DNA of 64,000 nucleotides from Escherichia coli (GTDB lineage Bacteria; Pseudomonadota; Gammaproteobacteria; Enterobacterales; Enterobacteriaceae): NCBI RefSeq assembly GCF_001677475.2, contig NZ_CP015229.1; one strand, 5' to 3'. Shown piece by piece: positions 45,438 to 58,229 of this stretch (position 1 is its first letter; each line of letters starts with the position of its first letter). The notes under the pieces were generated by a model. It saw only the letters and a program-made list of their open reading frames with translations, ran no database searches and was not told where the DNA came from. The position numbers and the translations under genes were made by a program.

Positions 45438-46028
45438 TTAATAATCAATCCCTATTTGCGCCTTAACACCGGCATCAAACGCATGTTTGATGGGGCGCAG
45501 CTCACTTACCGTATCCGCCAGTTCAAGAATATCCCGATGACAGCCTCGACCCGTGATAATCACCGTCTGTTGATGTGGACGTTCATTTAACGCCTGCACC
45601 ACTTCTTCCAGTGGCAAATAGTCATACGCTACCATATAAGTCAGCTCATCAAGCAAAACCATATCCAGTGAGGAATCAGCAAGCATCCGCTTTGCATGTT
45701 GCCAGACTTCGCGGCAGGCGGCGGTATCAGACTCGCGGTTTTGTGTATCCCAGGTAAAGCCCGTTGCCATCACCTGAAACTCAACGCCATGTGGCTCCAG
45801 CAGATTGCGTTCGCCATTAGGCCAGGTGCCTTTAATAAACTGCACGACGCCCACTTTTTTTCCGTGACCAACTGCGCGTGTTGCCGTACCAAATGCCGCG
45901 GTGGTTTTGCCTTTTCCATTGCCGGTAAAGACGATGATAATACCGCGTTCATCCTGGGCCTGGGCCACACGAGCATCTACTTTTTCTTTCACTCGCTGCT
46001 GACGCTGTTGGTAGCGTTCATCACTCAT
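45438..46028 (-). CDS. btuR: Cob(I)yrinic acid a,c-diamide adenosyltransferase, 196 aa
   Basis: Track ORF; P-loop GNGKGKTTAAFG. Confidence 0.92.
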   Translation of the reverse strand: MSDERYQQRQQRVKEKVDARVAQAQDERGIIIVFTGNGKGKTTAAFGTATRAVGHGKKVGVVQFIKGTWPNGERNLLEPHGVEFQVMATGFTWDTQNRESDTAACREVWQHAKRMLADSSLDMVLLDELTYMVAYDYLPLEEVVQALNERPHQQTVIITGRGCHRDILELADTVSELRPIKHAFDAGVKAQIGIDY

Positions 46029-46783
46029 TGGGAAATTCCTGGTTTACGGCCCGGTTGGGCGTCAAAGGTCATGCCGGTTTTACGGCGGCTGTCATCGCCC
46101 ATCAGCCAGAGGTAGAGCGGCATGATATCAGCGGGTGTTTTAAGTTTCTGTGGATCTTCGGTCGGGAAGGCGCTGGCACGCATTGCGGTGCGCGTACCGC
46201 CTGGGTTAATGCAGTTGACACGCAGGCGCTGCTGATATTCATCGGCCAGTACCTGCATCATCCCTTCGGTGGCAAATTTCGACGCTGCATATGCGCCCCA
46301 GTTGGCTCGCCCCTGACGTCCAACGCTTGATGAAGTAAAGACCAGTGAACCGGCGTCAGATTTGAGTAATAAAGGAAGCAGTGCCTGGGTGAGCATAAAG
46401 GTGGCATTAACGTTGACCTGCATGACGTCCTGCCAGACCTGCGGATTTTGTTCGCTCATTGGGCAAACATCGCCGAGCAATCCGGCATTATGCAAAACAC
46501 CATCCAGACGCGGATAATTAACGGCAATGCGCTGTGCCAGTTGTTGGCAATCTTCGGACGTGCAGGTCAGCAAATCGAGAATAAACCACTGTGGCTGACG
46601 CCCAGTTTCTTCGTTTATGTGGCTGGCTACCTGACGTAATTTTTCTTCATTACGGCCCAACAGAATCACTGTCGCACCATAGCGTGCATACGTCTTCGCT
46701 GCTTCACGACCAATTCCATCGCTGGCTCCCGTCACCAGGATAATGCGATCATTGAGTAAATCTTGTTTTGGTTGGTAATGCAT
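46025..46783 (-). CDS. yciK: Short-chain dehydrogenase/reductase, 252 aa
   Basis: Track ORF; Rossmann motif VTGASDGIG, YxxxK; ATGA overlap with btuR. Confidence 0.88.
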   Translation of the reverse strand: MHYQPKQDLLNDRIILVTGASDGIGREAAKTYARYGATVILLGRNEEKLRQVASHINEETGRQPQWFILDLLTCTSEDCQQLAQRIAVNYPRLDGVLHNAGLLGDVCPMSEQNPQVWQDVMQVNVNATFMLTQALLPLLLKSDAGSLVFTSSSVGRQGRANWGAYAASKFATEGMMQVLADEYQQRLRVNCINPGGTRTAMRASAFPTEDPQKLKTPADIMPLYLWLMGDDSRRKTGMTFDAQPGRKPGISQ

Positions 46784-47002
46784 GGCTACTCCTCAACGAC
46801 GTTGTCTGTCGCGCTGCCAGTGTACTTTATGACTTTGGGGCTTTATGCCTGAAACAGAAGGGCATTTCAATCAGCCTGGGGCGATAACACCGCAAAATGG
46901 ATACTTTGTCATACTTTCGCTGCAATAACATCTCTGCGAGACGGCCAAACATGCCTGTTGTAAACTGTGAGCCAAAGCGTTGTTTAACCAAGGTGGGGAC
47001 TC

Positions 47003-48052
47003 GTGGAATTGTTGTCTGAATATGGTTTGTTTTTGGCGAAAATCGTTACCGTTGTGCTAGCGATTGCGGCGACTGCCGCTATTATTGTCAATGTTGCTCA
47101 ACGTAATAAACGCCAGCGTGGCGAGTTACGGGTCAACAATCTCAGCGAACAGTATAAGGAGATGAAAGAAGAACTGGCCGCGGCGCTGATGGATACTCAT
47201 CAGCAAAAACAGTGGCACAAAGCGCAGAAGAAAAAGCACAAGCAAGAAGCGAAAGCAGCAAAAGCGAAAGCTAAACTGGGCGAGGTGGCAACTGACAGTA
47301 AACCTCGCGTCTGGGTGCTGGATTTTAAAGGCAGCATGGACGCCCATGAAGTGAACTCGCTACGTGAAGAGATAACGGCGGTACTCGCAGCATTCAAACC
47401 GCAGGATCAGGTTGTGCTCCGTCTGGAAAGCCCTGGTGGCATGGTGCATGGTTACGGGTTGGCGGCTTCGCAGCTGCAGCGTCTGCGTGATAAAAACATT
47501 CCTTTAACTGTTACGGTAGACAAAGTCGCTGCCAGCGGCGGTTACATGATGGCCTGTGTGGCGGACAAAATTGTTTCCGCACCGTTTGCTATTGTGGGTT
47601 CTATTGGCGTGGTGGCGCAAATGCCCAACTTTAACCGCTTCCTGAAAAGCAAAGATATTGATATCGAACTGCACACCGCCGGGCAGTATAAGCGCACGCT
47701 GACGTTGTTGGGTGAAAATACCGAAGAAGGGCGGGAGAAATTCCGCGAAGAGTTGAACGAAACGCATCAGTTATTTAAAGATTTTGTGAAGCGTATGCGT
47801 CCGTCTCTGGATATTGAACAGGTGGCAACGGGTGAACACTGGTACGGACAACAGGCGGTAGAGAAAGGCCTGGTTGATGAAATCAACACCAGTGATGAAG
47901 TTATTCTTAGCCTGATGGAAGGCCGGGAAGTGGTCAATGTAAGCTATATGCAGCGTAAACGACTCATTGACCGATTCACCGGCAGCGCGGCAGAGAGCGC
48001 CGATCGATTATTGCTACGCTGGTGGCAGCGGGGGCAAAAGCCCTTGATGTAA
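47003..48052 (+). CDS. sohB: S49-family periplasmic protease SohB, 349 aa
   Basis: Track ORF; N-terminal TM, lysine-rich linker, ClpP/SppA-like domain. Confidence 0.9.
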   Translation: MELLSEYGLFLAKIVTVVLAIAATAAIIVNVAQRNKRQRGELRVNNLSEQYKEMKEELAAALMDTHQQKQWHKAQKKKHKQEAKAAKAKAKLGEVATDSKPRVWVLDFKGSMDAHEVNSLREEITAVLAAFKPQDQVVLRLESPGGMVHGYGLAASQLQRLRDKNIPLTVTVDKVAASGGYMMACVADKIVSAPFAIVGSIGVVAQMPNFNRFLKSKDIDIELHTAGQYKRTLTLLGENTEEGREKFREELNETHQLFKDFVKRMRPSLDIEQVATGEHWYGQQAVEKGLVDEINTSDEVILSLMEGREVVNVSYMQRKRLIDRFTGSAAESADRLLLRWWQRGQKPLM

Positions 48053-48056
48053 AAGA

Positions 48057-48085
48057 CAAACGCGAGGCTAAGACCTCGCGTTTTG
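48057..48085. terminator. Bidirectional terminator between sohB and yciN
   Basis: Hairpin aacgcgaggctaagacctcgcgtt with T-run; approximate. Confidence 0.6.
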
Positions 48086-48087
48086 CT

Positions 48088-48339
48088 TTAATCAACCAGA
48101 TGATATTTTTCTGAAAGCACATGGGCCAGGTGTTTGAACATATTAAATACCGCGGTGCTTTTGGCTGTTGGCAATCCTTGTTCATCTAAAAAGTAGTCGC
48201 CGGTAAATACCAGCACGCCATTACGCTGCGTGACGCCGGTGGCTTCAATCCCTGCGAGCGTATCCTCATGCTCACGAATGATTTTATTGGCCTCTTTCAA
48301 CAGCGTTTCGCGGTCGATGGGTTGTGTCTCTTTGTTCAT
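48088..48339 (-). CDS. yciN: DUF2498 protein YciN, 83 aa
   Basis: Track ORF; position upstream of topA. Confidence 0.85.
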
Positions 48340-48718
48340 TATTTACTCCTTAAACAAGGACATTAGTCTACGCCAGGCATGGCTTGCAGACAAATATACC
48401 ACGCTGGTGGCAAGAGCGCCTTACTGGCAACTTTGGATTTTGCATGCTAATAAAGTTGCGTATCGGATTTTATCAGGTACAGTGTGACGCTTTCGTCAAT
48501 CTGGCAATAGATTTGCTTGACATTCGACCAAAATTCCGTCGTGCTATAGCGCCTGTAGGCCAAGACCTGTTAACTCAGTCACCTGAATTTTCGTGAACAG
48601 AGTCACGACAAGGGGTTGATATCCGCAGAGAGCGAGTCCATATCGGTAACTCGTTGCCAGTGGAAGGTTTATCAACGTGCGACGCATTCCTGGAAGAATC
48701 AAATTAGGTAAGGTGAAT

Positions 48719-51316
48719 ATGGGTAAAGCTCTTGTCATCGTTGAGTCCCCGGCAAAAGCCAAAACGATCAACAAGTATCTGGGTAGTGACTACGTGGTGA
48801 AATCCAGCGTCGGTCACATCCGCGATTTGCCGACCAGTGGCTCAGCTGCCAAAAAGAGTGCCGACTCTACCTCCACCAAGACGGCTAAAAAGCCTAAAAA
48901 GGATGAACGTGGCGCTCTCGTCAACCGTATGGGGGTTGACCCGTGGCACAATTGGGAGGCGCACTATGAAGTGTTGCCTGGTAAAGAGAAGGTCGTCTCT
49001 GAACTGAAACAACTGGCTGAAAAAGCCGACCACATCTATCTCGCAACCGACCTTGACCGCGAAGGGGAAGCTATTGCATGGCACCTGCGGGAAGTTATTG
49101 GTGGTGATGATGCGCGCTATAGCCGAGTGGTGTTTAACGAAATTACTAAAAACGCGATCCGCCAGGCATTTAACAAACCGGGTGAGCTGAATATTGATCG
49201 TGTTAATGCCCAGCAGGCGCGTCGCTTTATGGACCGCGTGGTGGGGTATATGGTTTCGCCGCTGCTATGGAAAAAGATCGCTCGTGGTCTGTCTGCCGGT
49301 CGTGTGCAGTCGGTGGCGGTCCGCCTGGTGGTCGAGCGTGAGCGTGAAATTAAAGCGTTCGTGCCGGAAGAGTTCTGGGAAGTCGATGCCAGCACGACCA
49401 CGCCATCTGGTGAAGCGTTGGCGTTGCAGGTGACTCATCAGAACGACAAACCGTTCCGTCCGGTCAACAAAGAACAAACTCAGGCTGCGGTAAGTCTGCT
49501 GGAAAAAGCGCGCTACAGCGTGCTGGAACGTGAAGACAAACCGACAACCAGTAAACCTGGCGCTCCTTTTATTACCTCTACGCTGCAACAAGCTGCCAGC
49601 ACCCGTCTTGGATTTGGCGTGAAAAAAACCATGATGATGGCGCAGCGTTTGTATGAAGCAGGCTATATCACTTACATGCGTACTGACTCCACTAACCTGA
49701 GTCAGGACGCGGTAAATATGGTTCGCGGTTATATCAGCGATAATTTTGGTAAGAAATATCTGCCGGAAAGTCCGAACCAGTACGCCAGCAAAGAAAACTC
49801 ACAGGAAGCGCACGAAGCGATTCGCCCTTCTGACGTCAATGTGATGGCGGAATCGCTGAAGGATATGGAAGCAGATGCGCAGAAACTGTACCAGTTAATC
49901 TGGCGTCAGTTCGTTGCCTGCCAGATGACCCCAGCGAAATATGACTCCACGACGCTGACCGTTGGTGCGGGCGATTTCCGCCTGAAAGCACGCGGTCGTA
50001 TTTTGCGCTTTGATGGCTGGACAAAAGTGATGCCTGCACTGCGTAAAGGCGATGAAGATCGTATCTTACCGGCAGTCGATAAAGGCGATGCTCTGACGCT
50101 CGTTGAACTGACACCAGCCCAGCACTTTACCAAGCCGCCAGCCCGTTTCAGTGAAGCATCGCTGGTTAAAGAACTGGAAAAACGTGGTATCGGTCGTCCG
50201 TCTACCTATGCGTCGATCATTTCGACCATTCAGGATCGTGGCTATGTGCGAGTAGAAAATCGTCGTTTCTATGCGGAAAAAATGGGCGAAATCGTCACCG
50301 ATCGCCTGGAAGAGAATTTCCGCGAGTTAATGAACTACGACTTCACCGCGCAGATGGAAAACAGCCTCGACCAGGTGGCAAATCACGAAGCAGAGTGGAA
50401 AGCTGTACTGGACCACTTCTTCTCGGATTTCACCCAGCAGTTAGATAAAGCTGAAAAAGATCCGGAAGAGGGTGGTATGCGCCCGAACCAGATGGTTCTG
50501 ACCAGCATTGACTGCCCGACTTGTGGTCGCAAAATGGGGATTCGCACAGCGAGCACCGGGGTATTCCTTGGCTGTTCTGGCTATGCGCTGCCGCCGAAAG
50601 AGCGTTGCAAAACCACCATTAACCTGGTGCCGGAAAACGAAGTGCTGAACGTGCTGGAAGGCGAAGACGCTGAAACCAACGCGCTGCGCGCAAAACGTCG
50701 TTGCCCGAAATGTGGCACGGCGATGGACAGTTATCTCATCGATCCGAAACGTAAGTTGCATGTCTGTGGTAATAACCCAACCTGCGACGGTTACGAGATC
50801 GAAGAGGGCGAATTCCGCATTAAAGGTTATGACGGCCCGATCGTTGAGTGTGAGAAATGTGGCTCTGAAATGCACCTGAAAATGGGGCGTTTCGGTAAAT
50901 ACATGGCCTGCACCAACGAAGAGTGTAAAAACACACGTAAGATTTTACGTAACGGCGAAGTGGCACCACCGAAAGAAGATCCGGTGCCATTACCTGAGCT
51001 GCCGTGCGAAAAATCAGATGCTTATTTCGTGCTGCGTGACGGTGCTGCCGGTGTGTTCCTGGCTGCCAACACTTTCCCGAAATCGCGTGAAACACGTGCG
51101 CCACTGGTGGAAGAGCTTTATCGCTTCCGCGACCGTCTGCCGGAAAAACTGCGTTATCTGGCCGATGCACCACAGCAGGATCCGGAAGGTAATAAGACCA
51201 TGGTTCGTTTTAGCCGTAAAACCAAACAGCAATATGTCTCTTCGGAAAAAGACGGAAAGGCGACTGGCTGGTCAGCATTTTATGTTGATGGCAAATGGGT
51301 TGAAGGGAAAAAATAA
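48719..51316 (+). CDS. topA: DNA topoisomerase I, 865 aa
   Basis: Track ORF 48677..51316 trimmed to [17 protein letters not shown]; Toprim N-terminus, C-terminal zinc ribbons ([16 protein letters not shown]). Confidence 0.95.
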   Translation: MGKALVIVESPAKAKTINKYLGSDYVVKSSVGHIRDLPTSGSAAKKSADSTSTKTAKKPKKDERGALVNRMGVDPWHNWEAHYEVLPGKEKVVSELKQLAEKADHIYLATDLDREGEAIAWHLREVIGGDDARYSRVVFNEITKNAIRQAFNKPGELNIDRVNAQQARRFMDRVVGYMVSPLLWKKIARGLSAGRVQSVAVRLVVEREREIKAFVPEEFWEVDASTTTPSGEALALQVTHQNDKPFRPVNKEQTQAAVSLLEKARYSVLEREDKPTTSKPGAPFITSTLQQAASTRLGFGVKKTMMMAQRLYEAGYITYMRTDSTNLSQDAVNMVRGYISDNFGKKYLPESPNQYASKENSQEAHEAIRPSDVNVMAESLKDMEADAQKLYQLIWRQFVACQMTPAKYDSTTLTVGAGDFRLKARGRILRFDGWTKVMPALRKGDEDRILPAVDKGDALTLVELTPAQHFTKPPARFSEASLVKELEKRGIGRPSTYASIISTIQDRGYVRVENRRFYAEKMGEIVTDRLEENFRELMNYDFTAQMENSLDQVANHEAEWKAVLDHFFSDFTQQLDKAEKDPEEGGMRPNQMVLTSIDCPTCGRKMGIRTASTGVFLGCSGYALPPKERCKTTINLVPENEVLNVLEGEDAETNALRAKRRCPKCGTAMDSYLIDPKRKLHVCGNNPTCDGYEIEEGEFRIKGYDGPIVECEKCGSEMHLKMGRFGKYMACTNEECKNTRKILRNGEVAPPKEDPVPLPELPCEKSDAYFVLRDGAAGVFLAANTFPKSRETRAPLVEELYRFRDRLPEKLRYLADAPQQDPEGNKTMVRFSRKTKQQYVSSEKDGKATGWSAFYVDGKWVEGKK

Positions 51317-51344
51317 CCTTTAATTCTGTCAGGTTTTTATAAAC

Positions 51345-51372
51345 AAAGGGTCGCGAAAGCGGCCCTTTTTTA
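51345..51372 (+). terminator. topA intrinsic terminator
   Basis: Hairpin gggtcgcgaaagcggccc followed by a T6 run about 30 nt after the stop. Confidence 0.6.
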
Positions 51373-51502
51373 TTGCATATTATTTTTTCTTCACACCTAT
51401 ACACTAAGGCTATAAATGATATAGTGGTTATAGTTAGCACCTTTTTTATTATTAAATCGTATTAGTCACGCCGCCTGGTGTGACGAAAAAACGATGTTCT
51501 GA

Positions 51503-52501
<999 letters not shown>

Positions 52502-52831
52502 TTTCTTGCGTTATTTTCGGCACCTTTTATGTAGCGAAGGTGCCGGAATATATTCTCTTTTGTTACTTATTTGTATACCGTGCACAATATTTTTATCCCT
52601 CATATTTATAGGGTAAATTACCTGTAAAGTAGTGTCTAATTACCCGCCTCGCAAATTCCAGTTTTCAAATATCTATTTCAGGTCAAAAGATTGAATTATT
52701 CACTGGAGACGATTCGTAAATTCGCTGGATTTTTGACTAAAGTTTCTTTAGGATTTGTCTCATCGTATGATTAATTACACCAATCGTTCAACGTCTTGCT
52801 GATAAGTGATGACGATTATATGAGGTTAGCA

Positions 52832-52960
52832 ATGCCTTCTGGAAATCAGGAACCCCGCCGCGATCCTGAATTAAAACGTAAAGCCTGGCTGGCGGTTTTT
52901 CTTGGTTCTGCACTTTTCTGGGTGGTTGTCGCACTGCTGATTTGGAAAGTGTGGGGATAA
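52832..52960 (+). CDS. ymiA: Small membrane protein, about 42 aa (ymiA-like)
   Basis: ATG...TAA ORF read by eye (MPSGNQEPRRDPELKRKAWLAVFLGSALFWVVVALLIWKVWG); an in-frame ATG 12 nt upstream is an alternative start; coordinates approximate. Confidence 0.4.
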   Translation: MPSGNQEPRRDPELKRKAWLAVFLGSALFWVVVALLIWKVWG

Positions 52961-52962
52961 CT

Positions 52963-53130
52963 ATGGTCGGTCAGGAGCAACTGGAGTCGTCACCATTATG
53001 CCAGCATAGTGACAATGAACCAGAAACGAAACGGGAATGTTCCGTCGTTATTCCAGACGACTGGCAACTAACATCGCAGCAGCAAGCCTTTATAGAACTG
53101 TTTGCTGAAGACGATCAGCCGAAACAATAA
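52963..53130 (+). CDS. yciX: Small protein YciX, 55 aa
   Basis: Track ORF 52942..53130 (TTG start) trimmed to first ATG (MVGQEQLESSPLCQ...). Confidence 0.5.
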   Translation: MVGQEQLESSPLCQHSDNEPETKRECSVVIPDDWQLTSQQQAFIELFAEDDQPKQ

Positions 53131-53243
53131 TTATCATCATTTTTATTACCCATTTTTAATGAATTAAAGGGCTTTTAATACACCGCAGCAATAACAGGTT
53201 GAGTTATCTCAACACAAAGTCATAACCGTTAAGGGTGTAGCCT

Positions 53244-53339
53244 ATGATCAACACAAATATGAAATATTGGTCCTGGATGGGCGCGTTTTCTCTGTCGATG
53301 CTCTTCTGGGCCGAACTCCTCTGGATCATTACTCACTGA
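53244..53339 (+). CDS. Candidate 31-aa hydrophobic small protein (ymiC-like)
   Basis: ORF MINTNMKYWSWMGAFSLSMLFWAELLWIITH read by eye upstream of acnA; below the track cutoff; coordinates approximate. Confidence 0.3.
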   Translation: MINTNMKYWSWMGAFSLSMLFWAELLWIITH

Positions 53340-53503
53340 TCCTTGACCCCGCTGCGGCGGCGGTTTTCATTTGCTTTGCCACACGGTTTCTCCTCTTTTA
53401 TCAATTTGGGTTGTTATCAAATCGTTACGCGATGTTTGTGTTATCTTTAATATTCACCCTGAAGAGAATCAGGGCTTCGCAACCCTGTCATTAAGGAGGA
53501 GCT

Positions 53504-56179
53504 ATGTCGTCAACCCTACGAGAAGCCAGTAAGGACACGTTGCAGGCCAAAGATAAAACTTACCACTACTACAGCCTGCCGCTTGCTGCTAAATCACTGG
53601 GCGATATCACCCGTCTACCCAAGTCACTCAAAGTTTTGCTCGAAAACCTGCTGCGCTGGCAGGATGGTAACTCGGTTACCGAAGAGGATATCCACGCGCT
53701 GGCGGGATGGCTGAAAAATGCCCATGCTGACCGTGAAATTGCCTACCGCCCGGCAAGGGTGCTGATGCAGGACTTTACCGGCGTACCTGCCGTTGTTGAT
53801 CTGGCGGCAATGCGCGAAGCGGTTAAACGCCTCGGCGGCGATACTGCAAAGGTTAACCCGCTATCACCGGTCGACCTGGTCATTGACCACTCGGTGACCG
53901 TCGATCGTTTTGGTGATGATGAGGCATTTGAAGAAAACGTACGCCTGGAAATGGAGCGCAACCACGAACGTTATGTGTTCCTGAAATGGGGAAAGCAAGC
54001 GTTCAGTCGGTTTAGCGTCGTGCCGCCAGGCACAGGCATTTGCCATCAGGTTAACCTCGAATATCTCGGCAAAGCAGTGTGGAGCGAATTGCAGGACGGT
54101 GAATGGATTGCTTATCCGGATACACTCGTTGGTACTGACTCGCACACCACTATGATCAACGGCCTTGGCGTGCTGGGGTGGGGCGTGGGTGGGATCGAAG
54201 CAGAAGCCGCAATGTTAGGCCAGCCGGTTTCCATGCTTATCCCGGACGTAGTGGGCTTTAAACTTACCGGAAAATTACGTGAAGGTATTACCGCCACAGA
54301 CCTGGTTCTCACTGTTACCCAAATGCTGCGCAAACATGGCGTGGTGGGGAAATTCGTCGAATTTTATGGTGATGGTCTGGATTCACTACCTCTGGCGGAT
54401 CGCGCCACCATTGCCAATATGTCGCCAGAATATGGTGCCACCTGTGGCTTCTTCCCAATCGATGCTGTAACCCTCGATTACATGCGTTTAAGCGGGCGCA
54501 GCGAAGATCAGGTCGAGTTGGTCGAAAAATATGCCAAAGCGCAGGGCATGTGGCGTAACCCGGGCGATGAACCAATTTTTACCAGTACGTTAGAACTGGA
54601 TATGAATGACGTTGAAGCGAGCCTGGCAGGGCCTAAACGCCCACAGGATCGCGTTGCACTGCCCGATGTACCAAAAGCATTTGCCGCCAGTAACGAACTG
54701 GAAGCGAATGCCACGCATAAAGATCGCCAGCCGGTCGATTATGTTATGAACGGACATCAGTATCAGTTACCTGATGGTGCTGTGGTCATTGCTGCGATAA
54801 CCTCGTGCACCAACACCTCTAACCCAAGTGTGCTGATGGCCGCAGGCTTGCTGGCGAAAAAAGCCGTAACTCTGGGCCTCAAGCGGCAACCGTGGGTCAA
54901 AGCGTCGCTGGCACCGGGTTCGAAAGTCGTTTCTGATTATCTGGCAAAAGCGAAACTGACACCGTATCTCGACGAACTGGGGTTTAACCTTGTGGGATAC
55001 GGTTGTACCACCTGTATTGGTAACTCTGGGCCGCTGCCCGATCCTATCGAAACGGCAATCAAAAAAGGCGATTTAACCGTCGGTGCAGTGCTGTCCGGCA
55101 ACCGTAACTTTGAAGGCCGTATCCATCCGCTGGTTAAAACTAACTGGCTGGCCTCGCCGCCGCTGGTGGTTGCCTATGCGCTGGCGGGAAATATGAATAT
55201 CAACCTGGCTTCTGAGCCTATTGGTCATGATCGTAAAGGCGATCCGGTTTATCTGAAAGATATCTGGCCATCGGCACAAGAAATTGCCCGTGCGGTAGAA
55301 AAAGTCTCCACAGAAATGTTCCGCAAAGAGTACGCAGAAGTTTTTGAAGGCACAGCAGAGTGGAAGGAAATTAACGTCACACGATCCGATACCTACGGCT
55401 GGCAGGAGGATTCAACCTATATTCGCTTATCGCCTTTCTTTGATGAAATGCAGGCAACACCAGCACCCGTGGAAGATATTCACAGTGCACGGATCCTCGC
55501 AATGCTGGGGGATTCAGTCACCACTGACCATATCTCTCCGGCGGGCAGTATTAAGCCCGACAGCCCAGCGGGTCGATATCTACAAGGTCGGGGTGTTGAG
55601 CGAAAAGACTTTAACTCCTATGGTTCGCGGCGTGGTAACCATGAAGTGATGATGCGCGGCACCTTCGCCAATATTCGCATCCGTAATGAAATGGTGCCTG
55701 GCGTTGAAGGGGGGATGACGCGGCATTTACCTGACAGCGATGTTGTCTCTATCTATGATGCCGCAATGCGCTATAAGCAGGAGCAAACGCCGCTGGCGGT
55801 GATTGCCGGGAAAGAGTATGGATCAGGCTCAAGCCGTGACTGGGCGGCAAAAGGTCCGCGTCTGCTTGGTATTCGTGTCGTGATTGCCGAATCGTTTGAA
55901 CGAATTCACCGTTCGAATTTAATTGGCATGGGCATCCTGCCGCTGGAATTTCCGCAAGGCGTGACGCGTAAAACGTTAGGGCTAACCGGGGAAGAGAAGA
56001 TTGATATTGTCGATCTGCAAAGTCTACAACCCGGCGCGACGGTTCCGGTGACGTTTACGCGCGCGGATGGTAGCCAGGAAGTCGTACCCTGCCGTTGTCG
56101 TATCGACACCGCGACGGAGTTGACCTACTACCAGAACGACGGCATTTTGCATTATGTCATTCGTAATATGTTGAATTAA
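53504..56179 (+). CDS. acnA: Aconitate hydratase A, 891 aa
   Basis: Track ORF; recognised sequence and length. Confidence 0.95.
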   Translation: MSSTLREASKDTLQAKDKTYHYYSLPLAAKSLGDITRLPKSLKVLLENLLRWQDGNSVTEEDIHALAGWLKNAHADREIAYRPARVLMQDFTGVPAVVDLAAMREAVKRLGGDTAKVNPLSPVDLVIDHSVTVDRFGDDEAFEENVRLEMERNHERYVFLKWGKQAFSRFSVVPPGTGICHQVNLEYLGKAVWSELQDGEWIAYPDTLVGTDSHTTMINGLGVLGWGVGGIEAEAAMLGQPVSMLIPDVVGFKLTGKLREGITATDLVLTVTQMLRKHGVVGKFVEFYGDGLDSLPLADRATIANMSPEYGATCGFFPIDAVTLDYMRLSGRSEDQVELVEKYAKAQGMWRNPGDEPIFTSTLELDMNDVEASLAGPKRPQDRVALPDVPKAFAASNELEANATHKDRQPVDYVMNGHQYQLPDGAVVIAAITSCTNTSNPSVLMAAGLLAKKAVTLGLKRQPWVKASLAPGSKVVSDYLAKAKLTPYLDELGFNLVGYGCTTCIGNSGPLPDPIETAIKKGDLTVGAVLSGNRNFEGRIHPLVKTNWLASPPLVVAYALAGNMNINLASEPIGHDRKGDPVYLKDIWPSAQEIARAVEKVSTEMFRKEYAEVFEGTAEWKEINVTRSDTYGWQEDSTYIRLSPFFDEMQATPAPVEDIHSARILAMLGDSVTTDHISPAGSIKPDSPAGRYLQGRGVERKDFNSYGSRRGNHEVMMRGTFANIRIRNEMVPGVEGGMTRHLPDSDVVSIYDAAMRYKQEQTPLAVIAGKEYGSGSSRDWAAKGPRLLGIRVVIAESFERIHRSNLIGMGILPLEFPQGVTRKTLGLTGEEKIDIVDLQSLQPGATVPVTFTRADGSQEVVPCRCRIDTATELTYYQNDGILHYVIRNMLN

Positions 56180-56186
56180 CAAGTAT

Positions 56187-56220
56187 TTGCTTGCCGGTTA
56201 TTTTGCTTCCGGCAAGCAAA
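56187..56220. terminator. Bidirectional terminator between acnA and ribA
   Basis: Hairpin ttgcttgccgg...ccggcaagcaa; approximate. Confidence 0.6.
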
Positions 56221-56241
56221 TTAATTCCACAATGCAAAGGG

Positions 56242-56832
56242 TTATTTGTTCAGCAAATGACCCATTTTCTCGGCTTTGGTATCGAGATAATGTTCGTTAT
56301 TGGGGTTACGACCTACAATCAACGGTACGCGTTCAACAATATTAATCCCTGCTTCGGTCAGAATTTCGACTTTTTTCGGGTTATTGGTTAACAAGCGGAC
56401 TTCATTGACGCCAAGGAGTTTGAACATATCAGCGCAAAGAGTGAAGTCGCGCTCATCAGCGGCGAAGCCTAACTGGTGGTTAGCCTCTACAGTATCGTAA
56501 CCTTGATCCTGCAGTGCGTAAGCCCGGATTTTATTCAGCAGACCAATGTTACGACCTTCCTGACGGTGATACAGCAAAATACCACGGCCTTCCTCGGCAA
56601 TTTGCGTCAGTGCCGCTTCGAGCTGGAAGCCACAATCGCAGCGCAAGCTGAACAGGGCGTCACCGGTCAGACATTCGGAATGGACGCGCGCAAGTACCGG
56701 GGTATGCCCGGAAATATCGCCATAGACTAGCGCGACATGATCGTGTCCGGTTGCCAGTTCTTCAAATCCCACCATCAGGAAATCGCCCCATGGGGTTGGC
56801 AGTTTGGCTTCTGCCACACGTTTAAGCTGCAT
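56242..56832 (-). CDS. ribA: GTP cyclohydrolase II, 196 aa
   Basis: Track ORF 56242..56895 trimmed to [16 protein letters not shown]; Cys ligands CLTGD ... CDCG. Confidence 0.9.
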
Positions 56833-57001
56833 GAAATTCTCCAGATAATGCTGGTTCTGTATTGGCTTATTTTGCCATAACGAGAAGGGGTTCACCTAAT
56901 CACGACGCGTCGATCGTTCACGGAATGGCACAAATCTGTCAATTTTTCCTGGAACTGGCATTTTCAGTTATGATTGTGGGACTTATCAAAAAGGAGAGGC
57001 C

Positions 57002-57766
57002 ATGCGTTCGATTGCCAGACGTACCGCAGTGGGAGCTGCACTATTGCTTGTCATGCCAGTAGCCGTATGGATTTCTGGCTGGCGTTGGCAACCTGGAGAA
57101 CAAAGTTGGCTACTAAAAGCGGCTTTTTGGGTTACTGAAACTGTCACCCAGCCCTGGGGCGTCATTACACATTTGATTTTATTCGGCTGGTTTCTCTGGT
57201 GTCTGCGTTTTCGCATTAAGGCTGCCTTTGTATTATTTGCCATTCTGGCGACCGCAATCCTTGTTGGACAAGGCGTTAAATCCTGGATCAAAGACAAAGT
57301 CCAGGAACCACGACCTTTTGTTATCTGGCTGGAAAAAACACATCATATTGCGGTTGATGAGTTCTACACTTTAAAGCGAGCAGAACGCGGAAATCTAGTG
57401 AAAGAACAGTTGGCTGAAGAGAAAAATATCCCACAATATTTGCGTTCACACTGGCAGAAAGAGACGGGGTTTGCCTTTCCTTCCGGTCACACGATGTTTG
57501 CTGCCAGTTGGGCGCTGCTGGCCGTTGGTTTGCTGTGGCCGCGTCGGCGAACGTTAACCATTGCTATCTTGTTGGTCTGGGCAACGGGAGTCATGGGAAG
57601 CCGCCTGCTGCTCGGGATGCATTGGCCACGCGATCTGGTGGTAGCTACGTTGATTTCGTGGGCGCTGGTGGCGGTGGCAACGTGGCTTGCGCAACGAATT
57701 TGTGGGCCATTAACACCACCTGCGGAAGAAAATCGCGAAATTGCACAACGAGAACAAGAAAGTTAA
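57002..57766 (+). CDS. pgpB: Phosphatidylglycerophosphatase B, 254 aa
   Basis: Track ORF; PAP2 motifs (PSGH, HWPRD). Confidence 0.9.
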   Translation: MRSIARRTAVGAALLLVMPVAVWISGWRWQPGEQSWLLKAAFWVTETVTQPWGVITHLILFGWFLWCLRFRIKAAFVLFAILATAILVGQGVKSWIKDKVQEPRPFVIWLEKTHHIAVDEFYTLKRAERGNLVKEQLAEEKNIPQYLRSHWQKETGFAFPSGHTMFAASWALLAVGLLWPRRRTLTIAILLVWATGVMGSRLLLGMHWPRDLVVATLISWALVAVATWLAQRICGPLTPPAEENREIAQREQES

Positions 57767-57914
57767 CGCTGGTTGATTTTCCGAATTTAGCCCTTAAATC
57801 ATCAACAATGCGCGTGGATGCCATTTCGCAGACGGCGCGAAAATGGTACTTTAAAGGGCTATTGCGGTAAGTTGACCATAATTTATTCGCTCTAACCACA
57901 TAACGGGAAGTAAT

Positions 57915-58223
57915 GTGAAATATTTACTCATTTTCTTACTGGTGTTAGCGATCTTCGTGATTTCGGTCACGTTAGGTGCGCAGAACGATCAACAGGTGAC
58001 GTTTAATTATCTGTTAGCGCAAGGGGAGTACCGTATTTCCACATTGCTGGCGGTATTGTTTGCTGCGGGGTTTGCTATCGGTTGGCTGATTTGCGGTCTG
58101 TTCTGGCTGCGAGTTCGTGTTTCCCTGGCGCGCGCTGAACGTAAAATAAAGCGACTGGAAAACCAGCTTTCACCCGCGACTGACGTGGCTGTAGCGCCGC
58201 ATTCGTCAGCGGCGAAGGAATAA
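57915..58223 (+). CDS. lapA: LPS assembly protein LapA (YciS), 102 aa
   Basis: Track ORF; two TM helices; precedes lapB. Confidence 0.85.
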   Translation: MKYLLIFLLVLAIFVISVTLGAQNDQQVTFNYLLAQGEYRISTLLAVLFAAGFAIGWLICGLFWLRVRVSLARAERKIKRLENQLSPATDVAVAPHSSAAKE

Positions 58224-58229
58224 CTTTCT

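Noticed and set aside
53267-53494. 75-aa plus-strand ORF upstream of acnA
   Set aside because: It overlaps the better-supported 31-aa ORF in another frame and runs into the acnA ribosome-binding region; more likely promoter/leader sequence.
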